From a bacterium (GTDB lineage: Bacteria > Zhuqueibacterota > Zhuqueibacteria > Oceanimicrobiales > Oceanimicrobiaceae): a stretch of DNA of 64,000 nucleotides. The notes below the pieces were generated by a model. It was not told the origin of the DNA. It saw only the letters and a list, made by a program, of their open reading frames with translations, and made no database searches. The DNA lies in the NCBI GenBank assembly GCA_037446635.1, contig JBBIIG010000002.1:175962-239961 (forward strand). Reading direction: 5' to 3'. The translations under genes were made by a program, and so were the position numbers. Numbering within the stretch: position 1 is the stretch's first letter; each line of letters opens with the position of its first letter. Below are positions 1 to 10,747 of the stretch, in pieces.

Positions 1-582
1 AGCTCTCAATCTCAGTACACCGGCCGCAAAAGTTTTCAAAAAGGCTATCGTTCGGTGAGCTGGAAAAGCCGCGATGACAACGGCGATAATTTATCGTTCG
101 ATCTTTTTTACAGCAGCGCCGCCAACCCGAACTGGCAAACCCTGGTGAAGGACTTTCGCGGCAGCGTTTATTCGTGGGATAGCGAGCTGATGCCGGACGG
201 CGAGTACCAGATCAAAATCGTCGCCAAAGACGGTCTCTCCAATCCGCCGGCTTTGGCGCTAAATTCAGAAAAGATCAGCCAGCCGTTTAGGGTAGATAAT
301 AGCGGCCCGCGGGTGTCGGAAGTGAAGGTGGTAAAAGTCGCAAACGGCGCGAAAGTTACGTTTGCGGTCGAGGATGAGTTGTCGCTGGTGAGCAAAGTGG
401 AATACGGCTTGAATGTCGATGAGTGGAAATTAGTGTATCCGGTGGACGGAATTTGTGATTCGAAACTGGAAGGGTTTGAAATCGTGATCGACGCCAGTCA
501 GAAAGGCCGCCATTCCCTGGTGATCAAAGCGCAAGATGAATGGGGCAACCTCGGGTTTGGCAAAACCAATATCGAATTATAA
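1..582 (+). CDS. C-terminal part of a large secreted beta-rich protein (FN3/Ig-like C-terminus), truncated by window start
   Basis: Frame +1 is open from base 1 to the stop at 580-582. Beta-strand-rich sequence (SWKSRDDNGDNLSFDLFY...DGEYQIKIVAKD) typical of Ig/FN3-like tails. Confidence 0.6.
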   Translation, partial: SSQSQYTGRKSFQKGYRSVSWKSRDDNGDNLSFDLFYSSAANPNWQTLVKDFRGSVYSWDSELMPDGEYQIKIVAKDGLSNPPALALNSEKISQPFRVDNSGPRVSEVKVVKVANGAKVTFAVEDELSLVSKVEYGLNVDEWKLVYPVDGICDSKLEGFEIVIDASQKGRHSLVIKAQDEWGNLGFGKTNIEL

Positions 583-608
583 TGGCAAGAAAGGTTGTGT
601 GATTTTTA

Positions 609-1601
609 ATGACGGACCGGGCAGCGTTGAAGAAAGTGAAGGATTGCATAGATGGCGGAAAAACCTTCGTCTTAACAACCCATGTCAACCCCGACGGCGA
701 CGGCCTCGGCTGCGAAGCGGCGTTAGCGGCCTGGCTGATGGATCTCGGGAAAGATGTTTATATTTTTAACAGCAGCCCGACGCCTGCAAATTACAAATTT
801 CTCGACCCCGACAAACTCATGAAAGTTTACAACCGCGATCGGCATCGCGAAACGCTGCTCGCCGCAGACTACGTGATCATTTTGGACATCAGCGACTGGA
901 AGCGCCTGCGGGAGCTGGGCGAAGATGTTAGGTTCGCATCCGTTCCCAAAATATGTATCGATCACCATCCGCAGCAGGATAAGTTTGTCGATCTCAAAGT
1001 CGTCAATGTCAACGCCTGCGCCACCGGTGAGATCGTCTTCGATTTGCTCAAGTTTTCGGAAGCGAAAATTACCCGCCGCATCGCTGAAGCGCTTTATGCC
1101 AGCATCATCACCGACACTGGCGGCTTCCGCTTTTCCAACACTAACCCCCGTGCCTTTCAAATTTGCGGCGAGCTGGCGGAAACGGGCATCAATCCGCCGC
1201 GAATTTATCAGGAGATTTATGAACAACAACCGATGAGCAAAGTCCGATTGTTCGCTTATGTGCTCAACCATTTGCGGTTTGAGGATAAAGGGCGGGTGGC
1301 GTGGTTTGAAATCACCCGCGAGGTGCTGGCGGAAAAAAACGCCAACACTTATGATACCGAGGGTTTCGCGGACTACCCGCGCTCCATCGACGGCGTTGAG
1401 GTGAGCATCATGTTCATTGAATTGGAAGACCATAAATTCAAAGTGAGCTTGCGTTCGCGCGGCAATTATGTGATCAATGGCATCGCGCAAAAATTCGGCG
1501 GCGGCGGCCACCCCTACGCCGCCGGCATCATGATCGAGGGCAGCATGAAAGCGCACATTCCGCGCATCCTCGAAGAAGTTTCCTACCTGTTCGAGAAGTG
1601 A
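609..1601 (+). CDS. nrnA: DHH/DHHA1 phosphoesterase, bifunctional oligoribonuclease/PAP phosphatase
   Basis: Motifs HVNPDGDGLG, IDHH, TDTGGF, SLRS and GGGGHPYAAG. Confidence 0.9.
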   Translation: MTDRAALKKVKDCIDGGKTFVLTTHVNPDGDGLGCEAALAAWLMDLGKDVYIFNSSPTPANYKFLDPDKLMKVYNRDRHRETLLAADYVIILDISDWKRLRELGEDVRFASVPKICIDHHPQQDKFVDLKVVNVNACATGEIVFDLLKFSEAKITRRIAEALYASIITDTGGFRFSNTNPRAFQICGELAETGINPPRIYQEIYEQQPMSKVRLFAYVLNHLRFEDKGRVAWFEITREVLAEKNANTYDTEGFADYPRSIDGVEVSIMFIELEDHKFKVSLRSRGNYVINGIAQKFGGGGHPYAAGIMIEGSMKAHIPRILEEVSYLFEK

Positions 1602-1721
1602 TCTGATATTCAACAAAAATCGACTTTTTGGGCGCCTCGATAAAGTATTCCGCGTTTTCTGCCGATTTTTAAATAAAACAAAAATTTCAAATTTTTTAAT
1701 GGCGAGGAGAGCAGACTGGTT

Positions 1722-3176
1722 ATGATGGAAGGCGCCTTCCAAAAAGTTTTATTGCTCAAAAGCGATTGCGAACAAGCCGATTTGATTGAGGAAAAGCTTT
1801 CGAAGGTTAACTCTAAACTTCAGATTGACGCGCTTCGGCTAAGTGAATACACCGCCGAAACGGTTTCTAAAAATAATTATAAGACGATCGTTTTAGACTA
1901 CCGTCTGCCTAAGCAAGACGTTTCCGCAATTTTAGCGCAACTGAAAAAAGACCGAGTCCTCGCGCCGATAATTGTGCCGTTCGGAAATGATAATGGAGAG
2001 ATTTTAATTAAAGCGGTCAAGCATGGCGCCACCGATGATGTAGTTGTTCATGAGAAAGATTACCTGACGGTTCTGCCACAAGTCATTCAGAAAACCATCG
2101 ACCAATACCAGTTGGATATCTGCTGGCGGAATTTGATCTTAAACAGCAAACGGAAATTACAGAACACCTTTGACGCCATCACCGACATCATTTTTCAAAT
2201 TAATCACAAATCCGAAATCACGATGGCGAACCGAACGCTGGCCAACCTGTGCCACACCCAGCCGGAGAAACTCATCGGCCGCAAATTCTATGAAGTCTTT
2301 GGCCAAAGCCATACTGCCGCCAGCATTGTTTCGACCTTTCGCACCTGCGAGCCGATTAATTTCGAGGAGACGATTAACGGTGAAATTTATGAAATCCGCA
2401 GTTACCCGGTTTTTGGTGAAAACGGCAAGGTGGAGCTGGTAACGGCCTACTGCAAAAACGTCACTGAAAAAAAGCACCTGGAAAAATCCCTCATTCAATC
2501 GGAAAAGCTGGCGGCCATCGGGCTGCTTTCGTCGGGCATCGCCCATGAGCTGCGCAATCCCCTCAACATCATCGAGACCGCGCGCTATTTCATGAGCGAA
2601 TTTTTGCCGGTGGAAGATCAAGAAATGCGCGACAAGCTGGAAATCATCCGCAAGAACATTCAGCGGGCGTCCAGCATCATCAACAATTTGCTGGAGTTTT
2701 CGTGCAACTCGCAGCAGGAGCGCGAGCCCATCCACTTGCGCCAAATTATCGAAAACACCATCTCGTTGATCGGCAAACAGCTCTCCTCCCACAACATCGA
2801 TTTTTCTTTTGTCAGCGCTGAAGATTATGTGGCGTATTTCAATGCCGACTCCATCAAACAGGCTTTGTTGAATATTATCATCAACGCCATTCATGCCATG
2901 CCGAACGGCGGCCGGCTGACCATCAGCGTCGAGCCTTACGGCCGCGATTTCGTCAACGTGCGCATCGCCGACACCGGCGTGGGCATCCCGGAAGAAAACC
3001 TGCCCCACATTTTCACGCCGTTTTTCACCACCAAAGAAGTAGGAGTTGGCACGGGCCTCGGTCTGTTTGTGACCCACGTGCTCATCGAACGCGAGGGCGG
3101 AAAAGTCTCGGTTCAAAGCCAGGTCAACGAGGGCACCACCTTCACGCTCACCCTGCCGCGGTTTAAAGAAAAATAG
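1722..3176 (+). CDS. Sensor histidine kinase (degenerate receiver-PAS-HisKA-HATPase)
   Basis: H-box IAHELRNPL, N-box LLNIIINAIHAM, DTGVGI, FTPFFTTK, GTGLGL. N-terminal REC-like VLDYRLP. Confidence 0.9.
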   Translation: MMEGAFQKVLLLKSDCEQADLIEEKLSKVNSKLQIDALRLSEYTAETVSKNNYKTIVLDYRLPKQDVSAILAQLKKDRVLAPIIVPFGNDNGEILIKAVKHGATDDVVVHEKDYLTVLPQVIQKTIDQYQLDICWRNLILNSKRKLQNTFDAITDIIFQINHKSEITMANRTLANLCHTQPEKLIGRKFYEVFGQSHTAASIVSTFRTCEPINFEETINGEIYEIRSYPVFGENGKVELVTAYCKNVTEKKHLEKSLIQSEKLAAIGLLSSGIAHELRNPLNIIETARYFMSEFLPVEDQEMRDKLEIIRKNIQRASSIINNLLEFSCNSQQEREPIHLRQIIENTISLIGKQLSSHNIDFSFVSAEDYVAYFNADSIKQALLNIIINAIHAMPNGGRLTISVEPYGRDFVNVRIADTGVGIPEENLPHIFTPFFTTKEVGVGTGLGLFVTHVLIEREGGKVSVQSQVNEGTTFTLTLPRFKEK

Positions 3177-3210
3177 CTCCCGCCTGAGATCTTAGGAAAC
3201 GGCCGGTGTG

Positions 3211-3270
3211 GAACACGGATTCGAGAAAATATCGGATTAAAAATCCGATGCTTTCTAATGATCCGAGTTC
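3211..3270. repeat. Imperfect inverted repeat (hairpin) after the kinase gene
   Basis: GAACACGGAT...ATCGGATT-AAA-AATCCGAT...ATCCGAGTTC. Confidence 0.55.
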
Positions 3271-3296
3271 TTATTTGAGCATCTTTAAAACTTTGT

Positions 3297-3325
3297 TTGA
3301 CAAAATCGCATAATATCCTTACATT
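3297..3325 (+). promoter_or_regulatory. Putative sigma70 promoter for the polyprenyl synthase operon
   Basis: TTGACA-17 nt-TACATT, with RBS GGAGG just upstream of the GTG at 3363. Confidence 0.6.
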
Positions 3326-3362
3326 TAGCCGATTTTGATTTTCAAAACAAAGAGGGAGGCGA

Positions 3363-4337
3363 GTGTCGCTAAACGAAATCTATAAACCGATTAAGCAAGA
3401 GTTGGCGGCGTATGAAACGGAATTCCGCAAGCTTTTGAAATCGAATGTTTTCATCATCGACAAAGTGGTGCAGTACATCATTGCCAATAAGGGCAAACGG
3501 TTGCGGCCGATTTTGGTGATTCTCACCAGCAAGCTGCACAACGGCCAGGCGCTCGACAGCCGCAATCTCAAAGCCGCGGCGATCATGGAGCTGTTCCACA
3601 CCGCCACCCTGGTGCACGATGACGTGGTGGACGGCTCCCACCAGCGGCGGGGCATGCCCTCCATCAATTCCATTTGGAAAAACAAAGTCTCGGTGCTGAT
3701 GGGCGATTATCTTTTTTCCAAAGCGCTGCTGGCGATGTTGAGCTTGAAAAGCTTGCGGGCGTACGAAATCATCTCCGAAACCGCCGAACGGATGGCGCAG
3801 GGCGAGCTGTTGGGCGTGGAGCGCAGCAAAGATTTTTGGATGGACGAGCAGGTCTATTTTCAATTGATTGCGGACAAAACCGCCTCGCTGCTGTCGGCGG
3901 CGTGCCAATTGGGCGCGGTGTCCTCCAGCGACCGCGAAGACGACATCGCCGCCATGAAAAGCTTCGGCGAAAACCTCGGCATCGCCTTTCAAATCCGCGA
4001 CGATCTGCTCGATATTTTGGGTGTCGAAAAAACCACCGGCAAACCGCTCGGCAACGACATCCGCGAAAACAAAGTGACGCTGCCGCTGCTGTACGCGCTG
4101 AAGCAAGCCGAGCGCCGCGAAGCCCGCCGCATCATTAGTCTTATGCGGAGGAAGGACAAGCGCCACTTGCAGGAGATTATCGAATTCGTCAAAACCCACG
4201 GCGGCGTTGACTACGCGATGCAGGTTGCCAACGAGTACAGCGCCAAGGCCCTGCGCACTCTGGAGCGCTATCCGGAATCGGAATATAAAAAATCGCTGGT
4301 CGCCCTGGTGAAGTTCATTACCACGCGTGAGAGTTGA
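3363..4337 (+). CDS. ispB: Polyprenyl diphosphate synthase (IspB/HepT family)
   Basis: GKRLRP, first aspartate-rich motif HDDVVD..RRG, second motif QIRDDLLD, GKPLGNDIRE. Confidence 0.88.
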   Translation: MSLNEIYKPIKQELAAYETEFRKLLKSNVFIIDKVVQYIIANKGKRLRPILVILTSKLHNGQALDSRNLKAAAIMELFHTATLVHDDVVDGSHQRRGMPSINSIWKNKVSVLMGDYLFSKALLAMLSLKSLRAYEIISETAERMAQGELLGVERSKDFWMDEQVYFQLIADKTASLLSAACQLGAVSSSDREDDIAAMKSFGENLGIAFQIRDDLLDILGVEKTTGKPLGNDIRENKVTLPLLYALKQAERREARRIISLMRRKDKRHLQEIIEFVKTHGGVDYAMQVANEYSAKALRTLERYPESEYKKSLVALVKFITTRES

Positions 4338-5364
4338 GGTGCCTAAAGGTTTTCCGCTAACCGGGGTTTTCGTTCTATTATATTTTTGTACATGCGCTCG
4401 CGACGACGTTCAGCTTTTCTCAGAAAGACAAGTGATGATGGACACCCTGGTGTCCATCACCATTTATGCTGAAACCGAGCCGCCGCAGTGGCGCAATCAC
4501 GTTCGCGCCGCGTTTGACTCGATGCGCAAAATCGAGACGCTGGCCAGCTCATACGACGATTCCAGCGAGATCGGCAAAATCAATTTGAACGCCGGCCGCC
4601 GGCCGGTAGCCGTTAGCCCAGAGGTTTTGCATTTGATTCGCGAATCACAAAACCTCAGCGCGCGCACCGACGGCGCATTCGATATCACGGTGTGGCCGCT
4701 GGCGCGATTGTGGGACGTGAAGTCGCCGGCGCCGCAGGTGCCGCCGGCGGATCAAATTGCAGAAAAAAGAAAGCTGGTGGATTACCGCCAAATCGTTTTG
4801 CACGACGCCAGCGTTTTTTTGCCGGTGAGCGGCATGGGGCTGGACTTGGGGGCGATTGCCAAAGGTTTTGCGGTTGATTGCGCGGTTCAGGTTTTGCGCG
4901 AGTATGAATATGAGGATTTTTTAGTAGAAGCCGGCGGCGATTTGCGCGCCGCGGCTGGAAATTTGACTAAGGGCCGCCGCATGATTTGGGTGCGCCACCC
5001 GCGCCAGCCCGGCAAATTTTTCGCCGCTATCAAATTGGATGAAGGCGCCGTCGCCACCTCCGGCGATTACGAGCGCTCATTTGAAAAAGCAGGCCAGCGC
5101 TACCATCACATTTTGGATCCGCAGAGCGGCTACCCGGCCGCGCCCACCGTCAGCGTCACCGTGATTGCGGAAACCTCGGAGCTGGCCGACGCCACCTCGA
5201 CGGCAGTATTTGTGTTGGGGCCAGAGCGCGGGATGGACTATCTCGAGGCCAATCCCAATTTGGCCGGTTTGATTATTTACCGGGAGGCTTCAAAAAGCGG
5301 CGAGGTCTTGAATTGGAAAATTTCAAAAAACTTGGTGGGCAGAATTCAAATTTTGCAAAAATGA
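4327..5364 (+). CDS. apbE: FAD:protein FMN transferase (lipoprotein)
   Basis: DGAFDITV, LDLGAIAKG, EAGGD, ATSGDYER, YHHILDP. Confidence 0.92.
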   Translation: MRVEVPKGFPLTGVFVLLYFCTCARDDVQLFSERQVMMDTLVSITIYAETEPPQWRNHVRAAFDSMRKIETLASSYDDSSEIGKINLNAGRRPVAVSPEVLHLIRESQNLSARTDGAFDITVWPLARLWDVKSPAPQVPPADQIAEKRKLVDYRQIVLHDASVFLPVSGMGLDLGAIAKGFAVDCAVQVLREYEYEDFLVEAGGDLRAAAGNLTKGRRMIWVRHPRQPGKFFAAIKLDEGAVATSGDYERSFEKAGQRYHHILDPQSGYPAAPTVSVTVIAETSELADATSTAVFVLGPERGMDYLEANPNLAGLIIYREASKSGEVLNWKISKNLVGRIQILQK

Positions 5365-5379
5365 GGTTGAAATAATTTT

Positions 5380-6315
5380 ATGCCGAGAACGTTGGTCACC
5401 GGCGGCGCCGGTTTTTTAGGCTCGCACATCTGTGAATATCTGCTTCAAAAAGGCCACGAAGTGATCGCGATGGACAACCTTTCCACCGGCGCCGTGGCGA
5501 ACATCGAGCATTTGCAATCCGAGCAATTCAAATTCGTCAAGCATAATGTCACCGAGTATATCTATACCGCCGGCCCCATTGATTACGTTCTGCATTTTGC
5601 CTCGCCGGCCAGCCCCAAAGATTATCTCGAAATGCCGATTCAAACCTTGAAAGTTGGCGCGCTGGGAACCCACAAAGCTTTGGGTTTGGCGTTGGAAAAA
5701 AAGGCCGTTTTTCTTCTGGCTTCCACCTCCGAAGTTTACGGCGACCCCCAGGTGCACCCCCAGCGCGAGGATTACTGGGGGCACGTCAATCCCGTGGGCC
5801 CGCGCGGCGTGTATGATGAAGCCAAGCGCTTCGCGGAAGCCATGACCATGGCCTACCATCGCTATCACGGGCTTGATACGAAAATCGTGCGCATCTTCAA
5901 CACTTACGGCCCGCGCATGCGCCCCAACGACGGCCGCGCGATTCCGGCGTTCATTCCGCAGGCGTTGAAAAATCAGCCCATCACGGTTTTCGGCGACGGC
6001 TCGCAAACCCGCAGCTTCTGTTACGTGGACGATTTGGTGGAAGGCATCTACCGGCTGCTGGTTTCGGATTACCACGATCCCATCAACATCGGCAACCCCA
6101 ACGAGATGACGGTCAAAGAATTGGCGGAGACGATCATTAGCGTCACCGGCAGCCAAAGTCAGATCGTTTTCAAACCGCTGCCGGTGGACGATCCCAAAGT
6201 GCGCCAGCCCAACATCGAGAAAGCCCAAACCATACTTGGCTGGGCGCCGCGGGTGGGGCTCGAAGAAGGACTGAAAAAAACCGTCGCCTGGTTTAAAGAG
6301 CAGGAAGACAAATAA
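5380..6315 (+). CDS. UDP-glucuronate decarboxylase family NAD-dependent epimerase/dehydratase
   Basis: [43 protein letters not shown]. Confidence 0.9.
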   Translation: MPRTLVTGGAGFLGSHICEYLLQKGHEVIAMDNLSTGAVANIEHLQSEQFKFVKHNVTEYIYTAGPIDYVLHFASPASPKDYLEMPIQTLKVGALGTHKALGLALEKKAVFLLASTSEVYGDPQVHPQREDYWGHVNPVGPRGVYDEAKRFAEAMTMAYHRYHGLDTKIVRIFNTYGPRMRPNDGRAIPAFIPQALKNQPITVFGDGSQTRSFCYVDDLVEGIYRLLVSDYHDPINIGNPNEMTVKELAETIISVTGSQSQIVFKPLPVDDPKVRQPNIEKAQTILGWAPRVGLEEGLKKTVAWFKEQEDK

Positions 6316-6364
6316 TCGGCAAGGCAGCCACGGCGAAACTTGACTGGAGGAATCAAAAACGGAG

Positions 6365-6718
6365 TTGACCTCAAAACGCTTAGCGCGCAAAATCGCAAAT
6401 CTATCTTTAGAAAAAAAAGCCGAACAAGTTTTGATTTTGGATTTGCGGCGCTTGACCACCATGACCGATTATTTCGTTATTTGCACCGGCGCCAGCAACA
6501 CCCAGGTCAAAGCCATCTCCGATCATATCTCCGAAAGCTTGCGTACGGAAAAAATCCGTCCCTTGCACATCGAAGGGGAAATGGCGCAGGAGTGGATTTT
6601 GCTCGATTACATCAGCGTCGTGGTGCACGTTTTCCAACCCGAGAAGCGCGAATTTTATGCGCTGGAGCGCCTGTGGGGGGACGCCAAAATTGAAGAAGTG
6701 AAAGATGAAATCGTATGA
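6365..6718 (+). CDS. rsfS: Ribosome silencing factor (Iojap family)
   Basis: DYFVICTG, WILLDY..VVVHVF, REFYALERLWGDA. Confidence 0.93.
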   Translation: MTSKRLARKIANLSLEKKAEQVLILDLRRLTTMTDYFVICTGASNTQVKAISDHISESLRTEKIRPLHIEGEMAQEWILLDYISVVVHVFQPEKREFYALERLWGDAKIEEVKDEIV

Positions 6719-8361
6719 ACGGTGAAGCTTATCTCCGGCAAAAATTGACGCAGGCTTTGAAGGCGCTGGCCGCCGACGGCGAAATGGAAATCGCGCTGGA
6801 GCGCCCCAAAGCGGCAGAGCACGGCGACCTCGCCGCCAACGTCGCGATGCTTTTGTCGAAAAAATTGAAACGCCCGCCGCGCGAGATTGCCAACGAAATT
6901 TTACAAAATTTGGAATTGGACGACGCGGTGGTGTCGAGTGTAGAAGTGGCCGGCGCCGGCTTTATCAATTTTCGCTTCAGCGAGTCCTATTTCCGCAACG
7001 CCCTGCAGGAAATTCTGCGGCGCGGGAAAAATTTTGGCCGCGCCGATTGGGGGCGCCAGAAAAAAATTCAGATTGAATTTGTGAGCGCCAACCCCACCGG
7101 GCCGCTTAACATCGTCAGCGCACGCGCCGCCACGGTGGGGGACGTGCTGGCGAATTTGTTTGACGCCGCCGGCTTCGCGGTTCAGCGAGAATATTACGTC
7201 AACGACGCCGGTCGCCAGGTGCGGCTGCTGGGGATGTCGGTGAGCGCGCGCTACATGGAGTTGCTGGGAAAAAGCGAGCCCTTTCCGGAAGAAGGCTACC
7301 ACGGCGAGTACATTCGCCAGCTCGCCAACGAAATTTTGAGCGAAGAAGGGGAGGCGCCCGCCGGGTGGGACGCGGAAACGCGCTGGTCGAAGTTCTCGAA
7401 AATTGCGCTGGAGAAAATCCTCGCCTCCCAGCAGCAGACGCTGGCGCGCTTCGGCGTGCGCTTCGACAACTGGTTCCGCGAAAGCGACCTGCGCGCCGCC
7501 AATTCCCATCTCGAAGTCTTGAATCTGCTGGACGAAAAAGGCCTGTTGTACGAAAAAGACGGCGCGCGTTGGTTCAAGTCGTCCGACTTTGGAGACGAAA
7601 AAGATCGCGTGCTGGTGACCAGCGACGGCGAGCCGACCTATTTTTTGGTGGACATCGCCTATCATTTAACCAAGTACCAGCGCGGGTTCGAGATGATTTA
7701 CGATCTCTGGGGCCCCGACCACCACGGTTACATCGAGCGCATGAAAGCCGCGCTGCAGGCGCTGGGATATCCGCGCGACAGCTTTGAGGTCAGCATCATC
7801 CAGCAGGTGAATCTCATCGAAGGCGGGGAAGTGGTGAAGATGTCGAAGCGCGCCGGCAAGATCATCGAAATGGCGGAGCTGATCGAGGAGGTGGGCGTGG
7901 ACGTGGCGCGCTTTTTTTTCGCGGAACGCCGCACCCAGAGCCCGCTGGATTTCGATCTCGATCTGGCAAAAAACACCTCGGAGGAAAATCCAGTTTACTA
8001 CGTGCAGTACGCCCACGCCCGCATTTGCAATATTCTCAAATTCGCCCGCGAGCAGGGTCAGCCGTTTTCCCCGCAGGCCGATTTGAATCTTTTGCAAGAA
8101 GCCGAGGTGATGACGCTCATCAAAAAACTGCTGGAGTATCCGGAGGTGATCTCGAAAGCCGCGCGCTTTCTGGAGCCGCACCGCGTTCCGACTTATCTGC
8201 AGGAGTTAGCGGCGGCCTTTCACCGATTTTATCACCACCACCAGGTGGTATCCCAAAACCGTGAGTTGACGAAAGCGCGGCTGCTGCTGGTGGAAGCCAC
8301 GCGCATCGTGTTGGCCAACGGCTTGTCGATACTGGGGATTTCGGCGCCGGAACGGATGTAG
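6715..8361 (+). CDS. argS: Arginine--tRNA ligase
   Basis: EFVSANPTGPL, EYYVNDAG, KMSKRAG, NPVYYVQYAHAR and C-terminal APERM. Confidence 0.96.
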   Translation: MNGEAYLRQKLTQALKALAADGEMEIALERPKAAEHGDLAANVAMLLSKKLKRPPREIANEILQNLELDDAVVSSVEVAGAGFINFRFSESYFRNALQEILRRGKNFGRADWGRQKKIQIEFVSANPTGPLNIVSARAATVGDVLANLFDAAGFAVQREYYVNDAGRQVRLLGMSVSARYMELLGKSEPFPEEGYHGEYIRQLANEILSEEGEAPAGWDAETRWSKFSKIALEKILASQQQTLARFGVRFDNWFRESDLRAANSHLEVLNLLDEKGLLYEKDGARWFKSSDFGDEKDRVLVTSDGEPTYFLVDIAYHLTKYQRGFEMIYDLWGPDHHGYIERMKAALQALGYPRDSFEVSIIQQVNLIEGGEVVKMSKRAGKIIEMAELIEEVGVDVARFFFAERRTQSPLDFDLDLAKNTSEENPVYYVQYAHARICNILKFAREQGQPFSPQADLNLLQEAEVMTLIKKLLEYPEVISKAARFLEPHRVPTYLQELAAAFHRFYHHHQVVSQNRELTKARLLLVEATRIVLANGLSILGISAPERM

Positions 8362-8503
8362 TTTGAAATTCGAAATCCTAAACTCGAAATCCGAAGCAAA
8401 TTAAAAGCACCAAATTTATAAATGATAGAAGTCAATCCCAGCTCATCATGGAATATTGAATTTCGGATTTGTTTCGGATTTCGTATTTCGACATTCGGAT
8501 TTT
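8362..8503. repeat. Element with roughly 7-nt periodic repeat arms in inverted orientation
   Basis: Left arm (CGAAATC/CGAAATT-like units) and right arm (ATTTCGG/ATTTCGT/ATTTCGA) are mutually complementary around a spacer. Confidence 0.7.
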
Positions 8504-8537
8504 AATAACACTTCAGGGCATTAAAAAATTTTAAACA

Positions 8538-9458
8538 ATGAGTATCCTCGTAGTTGGTTCCGTCGCCCTCGATCACGTTGAGACGCCCTTTGGCTCGGTC
8601 AAAGACGCTCTCGGCGGATCGTCGATTTATTTTGCCGCCGCCGCTTCCTATTTTGCGCCCGTGCGCATCGTTGGGGTGGTTGGCGACGACTTCCCGCACC
8701 AGCAGCTCGATTTTTTGAAAAAACGCAATGTTGATTTTCAGGGACTGGAGACCCAGCCCGGCAAAAGCTTTCGCTGGGGTGGACGGTATGATTTCGATCT
8801 CAACTCCCGAACCACGCTCTTCACCGATCTCAACGTTTTCGAAAAATTTAAGCCGGTGATTCCGGAATCCTATCGCGACAGCGAGTTTGTTTTTCTGGGG
8901 AATATCGCGCCGGATTTGCAGTTGGATATTCTCAACCAAATTCATTCGCCAAAATTGGTGGCGCTGGATACGATGAACTACTGGATTTCAGGCAGCCTCG
9001 CCGATCTTCACAAAACTCTCAAAAAAGTCCACGTGCTTTTGCTCAACGATTCTGAGGCGCGGCAATTAGCGCAGGAAGCGAATTTAGTGAAGGCTTCGCG
9101 CATCATTCGCAAAATGGGGCCGGGAGTTTTGGTTATAAAAAAGGGCGAGCACGGCGCGATGATGTTCATCGATGAAACGATCTTCTCGGCGCCGGCCTTT
9201 CCTCTCGAAACCATTTTTGATCCCACCGGCGCCGGCGACACCTTTGCCGGCGGTTTTATGGGATATCTCGCCAAAGTTAAAAACGCCACTGCGGAGACCT
9301 ACAAACGCGCGCTGGTTTTTGGCAGCACCCTGGCCTCCTTCTGCGTGGAAAGTTTTAGCGTGGAACGCTTGAAAAATTTGACGCCGGACGAAATTCGCGA
9401 GCGTTTCAAAGCCTTCTGGCTGATGACGAATTTCGATCATCTTAATAGCGGATTTTGA
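8538..9458 (+). CDS. PfkB-family carbohydrate/nucleoside kinase
   Basis: VVGSVALD, LGGS and PfkB signature DPTGAGDTFAGG. Confidence 0.9.
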   Translation: MSILVVGSVALDHVETPFGSVKDALGGSSIYFAAAASYFAPVRIVGVVGDDFPHQQLDFLKKRNVDFQGLETQPGKSFRWGGRYDFDLNSRTTLFTDLNVFEKFKPVIPESYRDSEFVFLGNIAPDLQLDILNQIHSPKLVALDTMNYWISGSLADLHKTLKKVHVLLLNDSEARQLAQEANLVKASRIIRKMGPGVLVIKKGEHGAMMFIDETIFSAPAFPLETIFDPTGAGDTFAGGFMGYLAKVKNATAETYKRALVFGSTLASFCVESFSVERLKNLTPDEIRERFKAFWLMTNFDHLNSGF

Positions 9459-9490
9459 TTTCAGCTTGTAGAACGGACAACGAACCATCC

Positions 9491-9910
9491 ATGAAAATCA
9501 TAACCGATGCCATCGAAATATCCACCAAAGGCCGCACCGATATCATCGACATCACCGGCGACGTGGAACGGTTGCTGCAAAAATCGGAATTGCGGGAAGG
9601 GCAGCTCACCGTTTTCATTTCCGGTTCCACCGCCGGCGTCACCACTATCGAATTTGAACCCGGACTTTTAAAGGATTTGAAGGAGGCGTTCGAGAAAATC
9701 GCGCCCACCCCTGTGCGCTACCACCACGAAGCTACTTGGTGCGACCGCAACGGCTACGCGCATGTGCGCGCGGCGCTGTTGGGCGCTTCGTTTTCCGCGC
9801 CATTCAAAGAGGGCCGCCTGCTTTTAGGAACGTGGCAGCAGATCGTGGTGATCGATTTCGACAACCGCCCGCGCCGGCGCGGCGTTGTGGTGCAGATGAT
9901 CGGGGAGTGA
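9491..9910 (+). CDS. yjbQ: YjbQ/UPF0047 family protein (secondary thiamine-phosphate synthase)
   Basis: GSTAGVTTIEFEPGL, NGYAHVRAALLG, LGTWQQI. ATG at 9491 preferred over 9455. Confidence 0.85.
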   Translation: MKIITDAIEISTKGRTDIIDITGDVERLLQKSELREGQLTVFISGSTAGVTTIEFEPGLLKDLKEAFEKIAPTPVRYHHEATWCDRNGYAHVRAALLGASFSAPFKEGRLLLGTWQQIVVIDFDNRPRRRGVVVQMIGE

Positions 9911-9965
9911 TTTCCCTATTTCTTCTGATAACGGATTTTATGTCTGTCAAAAGTTTCTTGGAAAA

Positions 9966-10739
9966 TCAAGCGCGTTTATAATGAAGAAAAAGCAAACCTG
10001 CCGCAAGCGCCCCCAATAGATGCCAGAGCGCGTGCCCCTGCAGCCAACTGGTCGGCTCGCAAAGAATTTTTGTGATGTCGAGAATCCAAATCAGGAAACC
10101 CAGCCCGAACGACGCCACCGCCAGTCGCAGATAATAATTTTGAGCGGCCGGCTTTTTTGAGCACGCCAGAAACTCCCAACTCAAAGCCGCGATTACCAGC
10201 CCTGCGAAAATGTAGCGGCGCAGCTCTGGGAAGACGATTAGAAAATAGGCCAGCACAGCGTTGAGAATGATGAACCACCCGGCGAACCCGGGCCGCGGCA
10301 ATTTATTTAAGCGGGAAAAATTTAATAGAAGCACAAACGTGATAAGCAGGTACATTCCCAGCACATCGAAAAACTGCCCCACAAAACTCAGCGAGGCGTG
10401 ATAAAACGCGCTGCCGAGTCCGATGATGAAAAGCGAGCCGGCGTAGAGTTGCGTCGCCGCCCGATTTTTTAGAGTCAGGTTCGATCTCGTTGTATTGAAA
10501 TTAGCGAACCGGCGCCGCGGCGCCGAAACAAGCACACTCAACCCAACCAGCACAAAACTTAACGACGACCAGGTGTTCGCGGGTTGAGCAATCGCTCCGG
10601 GGCGAATTTCTTCGCAGAAGCAATCATCCGGCATGCAGGTGGCTGGTCGCCAGGATCGCCAGTCATCGCTCAAATAAAATAGGGATAGCGCCGCCGCAGC
10701 TAAAAATGAAAGCGTGATCGACGGGGTTATGTAATTCAC
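9966..10739 (-). CDS. Ceramidase-like (CREST superfamily) membrane protein
   Basis: FCE, QPANTWSSL, GSAFYHAS, HALWH and multiple TM helices. Confidence 0.75.
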   Translation of the reverse strand: MNYITPSITLSFLAAAALSLFYLSDDWRSWRPATCMPDDCFCEEIRPGAIAQPANTWSSLSFVLVGLSVLVSAPRRRFANFNTTRSNLTLKNRAATQLYAGSLFIIGLGSAFYHASLSFVGQFFDVLGMYLLITFVLLLNFSRLNKLPRPGFAGWFIILNAVLAYFLIVFPELRRYIFAGLVIAALSWEFLACSKKPAAQNYYLRLAVASFGLGFLIWILDITKILCEPTSWLQGHALWHLLGALAAGLLFLHYKRA

Positions 10740-10747
10740 GCGCTCTT

